NCBI GenBank assembly: GCA_031365555.1
Contig: JANLYJ010000436.1
Span: 1 to 40,318, forward strand
Direction: 5' to 3'
From: Gemmatimonadaceae bacterium
GTDB taxonomy: Bacteria; Gemmatimonadota; Gemmatimonadetes; Gemmatimonadales; Gemmatimonadaceae
Length of the DNA stretch: 40,318 nt
The notes beneath the pieces were generated by a model. It was not told the DNA's origin. It worked only from the letters and a program-made list of their open reading frames with translations, and did no database searches. Position 1 is the stretch's first letter; the number at the start of each line of letters is the position of its first letter. Both the position numbers and the translations under genes were made by a program. Of the stretch, positions 18,893 to 26,404 are shown one piece after another.

Positions 18893-19163
18893 CGACCCGG
18901 AAACGGGTGTTCGCGGAGACGATTCTGATCTGCCGCCCGACTCGGAACTTTGGAAGAAAATCAACAGCGAAACTGAGATGCTGCGTCGTCGCACCACGCC
19001 GATGCATGTGCAGCAGAAAATTTTAAGTGCGCTGCCCGATCCGCCGGCGAAGACTCAGCAGGAACGAGTTGCGCCGAAAATCAGTGCGGGAATTGTAGGT
19101 GTCGTTGTCGTCGCCCTTCTTATACTCGGGCTGCTGCTCGGGATGGTATTGCGGGTCCAATAG
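18882..19163 (+). CDS. Small single-TM protein, possible anti-sigma factor
   Basis: Overlaps the sigma gene stop; short soluble N-terminus and one C-terminal TM helix. Confidence 0.6.
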   Translation: MTPDDPETGVRGDDSDLPPDSELWKKINSETEMLRRRTTPMHVQQKILSALPDPPAKTQQERVAPKISAGIVGVVVVALLILGLLLGMVLRVQ

Positions 19164-19242
19164 CAGCGGGTATGTTCACGGTCTGGCGTTTGCACGAGAT
19201 GGGTTCCGGCTGCATCCACTGACAACCCGAAGGGGGAAGTAA

Positions 19243-19770
19243 ATGAACTTGAAGACTCTCGCACTTGTGGCAAGCTGCATGACCATGCCGGCCCTGGCCG
19301 GCGCTCAAGACATGATGAAGAAAGACAGCATGCACATGAAGAAGGACAGCATGCAAATGAAGAAGCACGACATGGACATGAAGAAGAATGACATGGACAT
19401 GAAGAAGACGGACATGGACATGGACATGAGCAAGAGCAACAATGGCATGAAAACCAGAACCCGGGCTCGCGGATCCCGCAGATCGGCTCGTGGAATGGAA
19501 ATGAACAACTCCCAGATGAACATGACGAATGGACCCGAGTGCGCACGGGGCTGTCCGACTTCTCCCGGAGTTGGTGGACTTACTGGCGTTCAGTTCCTCG
19601 CGCTGCAGCAGGAATTGAGAGACCGTGGATGTGGCAACAATCATGTGACTGGAGTGCTGGACGCGCCAACGCGCGCGGCAATCCGCGCCTGCGCGAAGAA
19701 ATGGAACGTCGAAGCGACACCGGCAGCGGTGCTCACGAAAATGAACATTGGCTACTCGGTGGGCGGCTAG
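19243..19770 (+). CDS. Secreted Met-rich repeat protein with peptidoglycan-binding-like C-terminal domain
   Basis: Signal peptide (ALA-GA); MKKxxMx repeats; LQQELRDRGC...TGVLDAPTRAAIR resembles PG_binding_1. Confidence 0.75.
   Translation: MNLKTLALVASCMTMPALAGAQDMMKKDSMHMKKDSMQMKKHDMDMKKNDMDMKKTDMDMDMSKSNNGMKTRTRARGSRRSARGMEMNNSQMNMTNGPECARGCPTSPGVGGLTGVQFLALQQELRDRGCGNNHVTGVLDAPTRAAIRACAKKWNVEATPAAVLTKMNIGYSVGG
19315..19419 (+). repeat. Five tandem 21-bp coding repeats (MKKxxMx)
   Basis: ATGAAGAA(A/G)-N6-ATG-N3 repeated five times: MKKDSMH MKKDSMQ MKKHDMD MKKNDMD MKKTDMD. Confidence 0.9.
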
Positions 19771-20915
19771 GCCGGACCCGAAAGGGGATCGGAAGCTCTA
19801 TCGATCGGCAAAGACAATTCCAGTTGTACGGGGGGGATTTCGACAGCGTCGAAATCCCCTTCGTCGTCATCATCCCTCATTGACGACCCGTCCACTCCGT
19901 ACTTACGGCAAATCTTGCTGAAAAAGTTGTGCAGTCCTTCACGGTATTTCCTGCCCGCATTGAAATCGTTCGCGTAAGTGTTGCGATACCGTTCAGCGAG
20001 ATGCGGAAACTCCTGCTCGATGAAAGGCAGGTACCGCTGGCGCGCCGATGTTCGCAGCCGCAGTGCAGTCGCTGCTACATAGGTAGCGCCCGCCTCAGAG
20101 ACGCGCTTCACGAGCGCATCGAGATCTGATGGATTGTCAGTAATCCCTGGCAGCACCGGCATGCAGTTTATCCCGGCATCGATGCCCGCTTCCCGTAGTC
20201 GCCCGAGTGCGCGAATGCGAGAGTCGGGCGTGGGGGAGCGCGGCTCGAGCCGCCGTGCGAGATCGCGGTTGAGCGTGATGAGCGAAATGCTGACGCCGAG
20301 GTCCGATATGCGGTTGATGCGCGACAGGACATCGATGTCGCGTGTAATCAGTGGACTTTTTGTAATGATGCGAATTGAAAGTCCCGGATGATCAGCCAGT
20401 ACCTCCAGCACCTGCCGAGTAATCCGGAACTTTCGCTCCGCGGGCTGATATGGATCTGTAGCAGAACCGATGAGAATCGATTCACCGTCCAGCAGCTTGA
20501 GATGTCTGTCGCTGCCATGCCGGAGAGTCCGCTGTAGAACCTCCGCCGCATTTGTCTTTACGAAAATGTTGCGCTCGAACGCCAGCCATGGTGGCATCTG
20601 CAAGTACGCGCTGCTCAGCTCATCCTGCATACGGTCTGCGTCGGACGCGCGTTCCATCACGTACCGGTGTGCGTACCTCGCATAGCAGTACGCACATCCA
20701 AATGCGCAGCCAGTGTATGGATTGATCGACCAGAAACCCATTCCGGTGACTTCAGTTCCATTTAAAACATTTCTTGCAGGAGCTGCGTAATACCTGATGT
20801 CGGCCTGTTCACCGATGATGGCGAGCTCTTTTGACTTGCGATCGTACTCTGCCCCGAAAAGCCCTGCTTCCGGCGGCGTGCGCTTCTTTTTGCGGATTGC
20901 TTTTCGATAGCTCAT
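19767..20915 (-). CDS. Radical SAM protein, Rv2578c / SplB-like family
   Basis: SINPY.GCAFGCAYCYAR, ATDPYQPAE, ITKS, LEPR.P; AGGAG ribosome-binding site before ATG 20915. Confidence 0.9.
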   Translation of the reverse strand: MSYRKAIRKKKRTPPEAGLFGAEYDRKSKELAIIGEQADIRYYAAPARNVLNGTEVTGMGFWSINPYTGCAFGCAYCYARYAHRYVMERASDADRMQDELSSAYLQMPPWLAFERNIFVKTNAAEVLQRTLRHGSDRHLKLLDGESILIGSATDPYQPAERKFRITRQVLEVLADHPGLSIRIITKSPLITRDIDVLSRINRISDLGVSISLITLNRDLARRLEPRSPTPDSRIRALGRLREAGIDAGINCMPVLPGITDNPSDLDALVKRVSEAGATYVAATALRLRTSARQRYLPFIEQEFPHLAERYRNTYANDFNAGRKYREGLHNFFSKICRKYGVDGSSMRDDDDEGDFDAVEIPPVQLELSLPIDRASDPLSGPA

Positions 20916-20929
20916 ATGCTCTCCTGCTG

Positions 20930-20947
20930 ACCCGAATATAACCCGAA
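20930..20947 (-). promoter_or_regulatory. Direct-repeat operator candidate straddling a -10-like element
   Basis: ACCCGAA at 20930-20936 and 20941-20947 (11-bp period); minus strand reads TTCGGGT-TATA-TTCGGGT. Confidence 0.4.
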
Positions 20948-21027
20948 GCAAGGGCGTAGGTCAGGGCAAAGCGTCAGCTACCTAAATTGACTAAGTTGAC
21001 CCGCAATCCAGCAGAACCGGGAGATTT

Positions 21028-21306
21028 ATGAAGGAACCGTTGTCGGACATTGAAATCCAAAGGCGTCTGGGGAGCCTGCCGGGCTGGTCGCGGAAGGGCG
21101 ATGTGTTGTCCAAGACGTACCAGTTCCGCGATTTTACAGGTGCGATGGAGCTGGTCAATAACATCGCGCGCGTAGCCGAGCGTGCGAATCATCATCCCGA
21201 CATCGACATCCGATTCAACAAGGTGACATGCGCGCTGACGACGCATGATGCGGGTGGGATAACAAAAAAGGACCTCGATCTAGCTACAGAAATCGAGGCC
21301 CTTTAG
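21028..21306 (+). CDS. phhB: Pterin-4-alpha-carbinolamine dehydratase
   Basis: AE.ANHHPDI, L.THDAGGIT.KD. Confidence 0.92.
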   Translation: MKEPLSDIEIQRRLGSLPGWSRKGDVLSKTYQFRDFTGAMELVNNIARVAERANHHPDIDIRFNKVTCALTTHDAGGITKKDLDLATEIEAL

Positions 21307-21312
21307 GCATAA

Positions 21313-21405
21313 GAAACTGGTTGTGAGTTGTCAGTCGTGAGTTCAGGGTGTCGGGTTAAAAACTGAACACTCAAAACCGATCACACAGAACTCAAAACCA
21401 GTTTC
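21313..21405. terminator. Long imperfect inverted repeat between convergent genes (possible bidirectional terminator)
   Basis: GAAACTGGTTGTGAGTT ... AACTCAAAACCAGTTTC, with internal 7-nt periodicity. Confidence 0.5.
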
Positions 21406-21411
21406 ATCGCC

Positions 21412-22083
21412 CTAGTTTCTCCGTCCCACTATGCGCAGTATCGCCATGAACATGTTCAGTAAATCCAGATAGATCTGCAGCGCCGCCTGCACATAGTCGT
21501 CAGGCCCGTACACGTTCTTCAGACGCCACGTATCAAAAATCAGCAGCCCACTGAAGATCAGTACCGTCATCGACGCGAGCCAAAGATCTGCGGTCGCATT
21601 CCTGAAAAAAATATTCAGCACCGACGTCGCAATCAGCACCCATAGACCGACGACGAGAAAACTCCCCTTGGCGCTGAAATCCCTGCGGCTCACGAAGGTG
21701 TAAAGCGTCAGCATGCCGAAAGCGCCTACGGTGAGCATCGCTGCCTGGCTGATCGCGCCCGGACTCCTCGAACCGTAGAAATAAAGTGCAGGGGAACTGA
21801 GAACTCCCATTCCAAAAGTGAACAGGAGGACGAATCCGATGTTGGCAGGGAACTGCGTTCGCGCTCGCTGTGCAGCCATGAGCGGGAGGAACATCGCAAT
21901 GAACGAGATGATCGGGTGCGCGGCGACCGCCTGCATTATCGAGGGCTGCGACAAACCGAAAGTCGCACCTGCGATCGTCACGAGGACACTTACAAAAACC
22001 AGCGAGTAGGTCCGGCGTACGAGCGTCGCGCGCTCTACGCCTGTTCGGACCAAAGTTCCAGCGGGGTATGAAATTCCCATCAT
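21412..22083 (-). CDS. Bax inhibitor-1 / YccA family membrane protein
   Basis: About seven TM segments; RRTY, FDT, AAL.IYLD.LN.F motifs. Confidence 0.92.
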   Translation of the reverse strand: MMGISYPAGTLVRTGVERATLVRRTYSLVFVSVLVTIAGATFGLSQPSIMQAVAAHPIISFIAMFLPLMAAQRARTQFPANIGFVLLFTFGMGVLSSPALYFYGSRSPGAISQAAMLTVGAFGMLTLYTFVSRRDFSAKGSFLVVGLWVLIATSVLNIFFRNATADLWLASMTVLIFSGLLIFDTWRLKNVYGPDDYVQAALQIYLDLLNMFMAILRIVGRRN

Positions 22084-22119
22084 TACTCCGGAAGGTTGAA
22101 CGTTGTGATACCTGGTTTG

Positions 22120-22791
22120 TTACACCGAAGCTTCGTTCTGGATTCGTTCCACCAGGGGAACCAGCCCCCGGATGTCTTCCAAAAGGTGCTTCGGCTTGTA
22201 CGGCTCCAGCATCGACCGGGTGAAAGGTCCCCAGAGGGCTGCAATCGTGGTAACGCCTGCAGCGTTGCCGGCCTGAATATCGTGCGGTGAATCACCAATG
22301 AACACTGCTTCGTGTGTCTGATACCCCAGCTCGCCAAGAGCCATGTGCACGGGGAAGGGATCCGGCTTGTGAACCGAGCATGAATCGCAGCCAATAGTCG
22401 ACGTCATGAACCGCTCGATATTCGTATAGCGCAGACTCTTGAACATCATGTTGTTGCCCTTGCTTGTAACGATTCCCATCGGATGTCCTCCCCTCTGGAG
22501 CAGCTCCAGGGTTTCGGTGACACCATCGTACACGCGCGTCATCCTGTCGTGGGCTTCGTTCTGGAATCCGCGATAACGTGACACAAGAAGCTCTACATCC
22601 TCAGGTGACGCTGCATAGGGCTCAAGCTGCTTCGCAAGCGGGGTTCCGACTCCGGCGACCCACTCCGCTTCTGTTGGCGCCAAGGTGCGGCCGTCGAAGG
22701 CGTGCTTCACGGAGGCCAGCAGTAACCCGATGGAGTCAATGAGCGTTCCATCCAGATCAAACAGAACTGCGAAAGGTCGGTGCTTCGTCAT
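22120..22791 (-). CDS. HAD-IA hydrolase (PpaX / phosphoglycolate phosphatase-like)
   Basis: FDLDGTLIDS, VTSK, KPDP, IGDSPHD. Confidence 0.92.
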   Translation of the reverse strand: MTKHRPFAVLFDLDGTLIDSIGLLLASVKHAFDGRTLAPTEAEWVAGVGTPLAKQLEPYAASPEDVELLVSRYRGFQNEAHDRMTRVYDGVTETLELLQRGGHPMGIVTSKGNNMMFKSLRYTNIERFMTSTIGCDSCSVHKPDPFPVHMALGELGYQTHEAVFIGDSPHDIQAGNAAGVTTIAALWGPFTRSMLEPYKPKHLLEDIRGLVPLVERIQNEASV

Positions 22792-22802
22792 TTGTGCAAA
22801 CT

Positions 22803-22931
22803 AAACTAACGCTCATCGCCGCCGGCTTGCGTGCTGCCTGCATCCTGCATGACACATCCTGCCACTACAGCGGCAGGTTAGTAAAGCCGGGAGCCGACAG
22901 CAAGCAAGCTGGCCGCCGCGTGCGTTGGTTT
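22803..22931 (+). ncRNA. Candidate structured RNA (long interrupted hairpin with internal branch)
   Basis: Nested stems AAACTAACGC/GCGTTGGTTT, GCCGGCTTGC/GCAAGCTGGC, TGCTG/CAGCA and CCTGCC/GGCAGG. Confidence 0.35.
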
Positions 22932-23000
22932 CCGTCTTTCTCTGCCGTTCTCCGCCGTCTCTATAGTTGTAATCCCCCCCTCCGACGCTAAGTTAAGAAG

Positions 23001-23981
23001 ATGCTGACGAAGAGAAGAAGCACCCCCTCCACGTCACGTTCGGCGACCGGATTGCCACGCAACTCCTCGTTTTTCCGGCTGCTCGACGACGTCGGACCTG
23101 TGGACCAGGTCGGGGTTGAGGAACGCGCTGCGGGATTTACAACGCGCAGCATCAAGAAACAGGCGAAAATCTGGGGACTGAGAACGGCGGTCTCGATGAT
23201 CGATCTCACGACCCTTGAAGGCAAAGACACGCCCGGCAAAGTGGCATCACTTTGTCAGAAAGCCCGGCATCCCAGCGCCGACCCCTCTGTGCCTCAGGTC
23301 GCTGCAGTTTGCATTTATCCGCCGCACGTCAAGTATGCGCGGAAGTGGCTGGGCGACACACCAATCAAAGTCGCTTCAGTAGCTACCGCATTTCCATCTG
23401 GCCAGGCGCCGCTCAAGACGCGCCTTGCTGAAGTCCGGCAGGCTGTCTCCGACGGCGCGGACGAAATAGACATGGTGATCAATCGCTCGGCGTTCCTCGC
23501 CGGCGAGATGGACGAAGTGCAGGACGAAATTTCCGCAGTCGTCGAAGCGTGCGGTGATTCCGCGCTCAAGGTGATCCTGGAAACGCACGAGCTCGAGAGC
23601 TACGACAACATCCGTGCGGCGTCATTCCTCGCCATGCGCGTCATTCGCGAAGGCGACTTCATCAAGACGAGCACAGGAAAAGCAGCCGGCGCCGCGACCC
23701 TCGCCAACACGCAGGTGATGCTCGAGGCAATTCGCGATCATTTCCTCGCCACGGGCCAGGCGATTGGAATGAAACCAGCCGGCGGCATCAAGAATTCCAA
23801 GATGGCGCTGCACTTTCTCGTCGCTGTAAAAGAAACCCTCGGCGATGCATGGCTGAACAATTCACGCTTCCGATTCGGCGCGAGCTCCCTGCTGAACGAC
23901 CTGCTCCGCCAAATCGAGAAAGAAAAGACCGGCGCATATCAGGCCCCCTACTATTTCACTGACGCAACGGAGAGCTACTAA
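23001..23981 (+). CDS. deoC: Deoxyribose-phosphate aldolase
   Basis: IDLTTLEG.DT, FPSGQ, GADEIDMVI, LKVILET, FIKTSTGK, KPAGG, RFGAS. Confidence 0.95.
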   Translation: MLTKRRSTPSTSRSATGLPRNSSFFRLLDDVGPVDQVGVEERAAGFTTRSIKKQAKIWGLRTAVSMIDLTTLEGKDTPGKVASLCQKARHPSADPSVPQVAAVCIYPPHVKYARKWLGDTPIKVASVATAFPSGQAPLKTRLAEVRQAVSDGADEIDMVINRSAFLAGEMDEVQDEISAVVEACGDSALKVILETHELESYDNIRAASFLAMRVIREGDFIKTSTGKAAGAATLANTQVMLEAIRDHFLATGQAIGMKPAGGIKNSKMALHFLVAVKETLGDAWLNNSRFRFGASSLLNDLLRQIEKEKTGAYQAPYYFTDATESY

Positions 23982-23984
23982 ACA

Positions 23985-25520
23985 GTGCCCTCAGCCAAGG
24001 CTGTAAAGAAAAACGGATCGTCCGCAGTCGCTGCACGAACAAGCGTCGCGCGTCGCGGCACGATTCCGGAGCTCATATTCGGCGACCTGTGGGAGTTTGA
24101 TCCCGCACCTGAAAGTGCGGACCCACGCATACAAAGCCGTTACGAGCTGTTCATCGGCGGCAAATTCGTAGCGCCAAAGTCGGGCAAGTACTTCGATTCG
24201 ATAAACCCGGCGAACGAAAAGAAAATTGCAGAGATCGCACACGCGAATGCCGCCGATGTAGATGCCGCATATCAGGCTGCCCGCACGGCTTACGACAATG
24301 TCTGGGCAAAGATGTCCGGCAGGGAGCGCGGAAAGTACCTGTTCCGCATTGCGCGACTGGTTCAGGATCGGGCGCGGGAATTTGCCGTTGCCGAAACGAT
24401 GGATGGCGGAAAGCCTATCAAGGAATCGCGCGACTTCGATCTTCCGATGGTCGCAGCACACTTCTTCTATCACGCCGGTTGGGCGGACAAAATTGAATAC
24501 GCTATTCCCGGCCGTGAAGTGCAGCCGCTCGGCGTTGTCGGCCAGGTAATCCCCTGGAACTTCCCGCTGCTCATGCTCGCCTGGAAAATTGCGCCGGCGC
24601 TCGCAATGGGAAACACAGTCGTTCTCAAACCGGCGGAGACAACTTCAGTCACGGCGATGAAATTCGCTGAGATACTGCAGGAAGCCGAACTCCCGGATGG
24701 AGTGGTGAACTTCGTGACGGGATTCGGAGACACGGGCGCTGCGGTGATGGGACATCCGACTGCCTCCAAAATCGCGTTCACCGGCTCCACAGATGTTGGT
24801 AAGCGCATTATGCGTCAGGTCGCAGGAACCGACAAGAAAATGACGATGGAGCTGGGCGGGAAAGCTGCGAACATCGTCTTCGAAGATTCACCAATCGATG
24901 CGGCAGTAAATGGCGTCGTGAATGGAATCTTTTTCAATCAGGGTCATGTGTGCTGCGCTGGAAGTCGCCTGCTGCTCCAGGAATCGGTTGCTGAGCTTTT
25001 TGTTCGCAAGCTCAAGGATCGCATCAGTGTGCTGCGCGTTGGTAACCCGTTGGACAAGAACACCGACATCGGAGCAATCAATTCACGCGCGCAGCTGGAT
25101 AAGATCACTGAGCTGGTAGAGTGCGGGGTCGAGGAAGGCGCGCAAATGTATCAGCCCGCGGCCTGCAAGCTTCCGACGAGCGGATTTTTCTTCAAACCGA
25201 CGATCTTCACCAATGTGACACAGAGTCATCGCATTGCCCGTGAGGAAATCTTCGGACCTGTGCTCAGCATCCTCACTTTCCGCACGCTGGAAGAAGCAGT
25301 GGAGAAGGCCAACAATACCATGTATGGACTCTCGGCCGGCGTGTGGACCGACAAAGGCTCGCGCATTCTGAAAATGAGCACCGAGCTGAAGGCCGGCGTC
25401 GTTTGGGCGAACACATTCAACAAGTTCGATCCGTCTTCGCCATTTGGCGGCTACAAGGAATCAGGGTTCGGACGCGAAGGCGGACGACAGGGGCTGCTCG
25501 ATTACGGGAAGATCGTATGA
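23985..25520 (+). CDS. Aldehyde dehydrogenase (complete)
   Basis: PWNFP, KPAE, FTGST, MELGGK, GHVCCAG (catalytic Cys), EEIFGP, PFGGYKESG. Confidence 0.95.
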   Translation: MPSAKAVKKNGSSAVAARTSVARRGTIPELIFGDLWEFDPAPESADPRIQSRYELFIGGKFVAPKSGKYFDSINPANEKKIAEIAHANAADVDAAYQAARTAYDNVWAKMSGRERGKYLFRIARLVQDRAREFAVAETMDGGKPIKESRDFDLPMVAAHFFYHAGWADKIEYAIPGREVQPLGVVGQVIPWNFPLLMLAWKIAPALAMGNTVVLKPAETTSVTAMKFAEILQEAELPDGVVNFVTGFGDTGAAVMGHPTASKIAFTGSTDVGKRIMRQVAGTDKKMTMELGGKAANIVFEDSPIDAAVNGVVNGIFFNQGHVCCAGSRLLLQESVAELFVRKLKDRISVLRVGNPLDKNTDIGAINSRAQLDKITELVECGVEEGAQMYQPAACKLPTSGFFFKPTIFTNVTQSHRIAREEIFGPVLSILTFRTLEEAVEKANNTMYGLSAGVWTDKGSRILKMSTELKAGVVWANTFNKFDPSSPFGGYKESGFGREGGRQGLLDYGKIV

Positions 25521-26404
25521 CAGCGCGCCTGCCAATTGTAAAAACGCCCAAGGTCTACGTCGGGGGAGCGTTCATTCGCTCCGAGAGTGGCCGTACCTAT
25601 CCAATCTATGAGCCCGCGACAAAAGGACCGGCCGAAAAATTTCTCGCCAATATTCCGCAATGCACGCGCAAGGATTTGCGCAATGCAGTTGAAGCGGCCG
25701 CGAAGGCCGGACCTGGCTGGGCGAAACGCACTCCATACAATCGCGGTCAGATCATATATCGACTCGGCGAAATGCTCGAGGCCCGCAGCGCTGAAATGTG
25801 CAATGCGATTGTTCGAACAACCGGAGAGTCCAAGGCAAACGCTGAGCGCGAAGTTTCGGCCACAGTTGACCGTCTCATTTACTACGCTGGCTGGGCCGAC
25901 AAGTACGAACAGGTTCTCGGCAATACGAACGCTGTAGCCGGTCCCTTCTTCAACTTCACGGTTGTCGAGCCGATGGGGATCGTGGGAGTCATTGCAGAAG
26001 ATCGGTTTTCTCTTCTCGGTCTTATCAGTCTCATCGCTCCCGCGATCGTGAGCGGCAACACGGTAGTCGCGCTTGCATCCCAGCAGGCGCCCTATCCATC
26101 TATTGTGCTGGGCGAGATGCTGGCCACGTCGGATCTTCCTGGAGGAGTGGTCAATATCCTGACAGGCTTCCGCGCAGAAATGGTCCCGACGTTTGCGACG
26201 CATACTCATCTGCGCGGCATTAGCGCCGTAGTGAATGCAGAAGACAAGAAGACGCTCGCGCTCGGTGCGGCCGACAGCATCAAACGTCTCAAGGCGAGGA
26301 ATGCGGACGACATGGTGGACTGGCTTTCTGACAAGGCGCAGAGCGTTTATGACATACGTGACTTCTGCGAGTTCAAGACAACATGGCACCCGATCGGCGT
26401 TTAG
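25517..26404 (+). CDS. Short aldehyde dehydrogenase-like protein lacking the catalytic domain
   Basis: YYAGWADK, EPMGIVG, GNTVV, LPGGVVNILTG, KTTW; no ELGGK or catalytic-Cys domain; ATGA overlap with the upstream ALDH. Confidence 0.85.
   Translation: MTARLPIVKTPKVYVGGAFIRSESGRTYPIYEPATKGPAEKFLANIPQCTRKDLRNAVEAAAKAGPGWAKRTPYNRGQIIYRLGEMLEARSAEMCNAIVRTTGESKANAEREVSATVDRLIYYAGWADKYEQVLGNTNAVAGPFFNFTVVEPMGIVGVIAEDRFSLLGLISLIAPAIVSGNTVVALASQQAPYPSIVLGEMLATSDLPGGVVNILTGFRAEMVPTFATHTHLRGISAVVNAEDKKTLALGAADSIKRLKARNADDMVDWLSDKAQSVYDIRDFCEFKTTWHPIGV

Noticed and set aside
19315-19419. Tandem repeats as a possible CRISPR array
   Set aside because: In-frame 21-bp coding repeats with no unique spacers, and no cas genes in the window.
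19055-19644. Cys/Ser-rich and His/Val-rich minus strand ORFs that look like RiPP precursors or metallothioneins
   Set aside because: They are the reverse-complement reading of the MKKxxMx repeat; the + strand gene has a ribosome-binding site and signal peptide.
22858-22897. Resemblance of GCCACT...AAAGCCGGGAG to the 3' ends of cobalamin or ykkC riboswitches
   Set aside because: The required 5' conserved cores (GGGAA...GCAACTGT or CTAGGGTTCCG) are absent.
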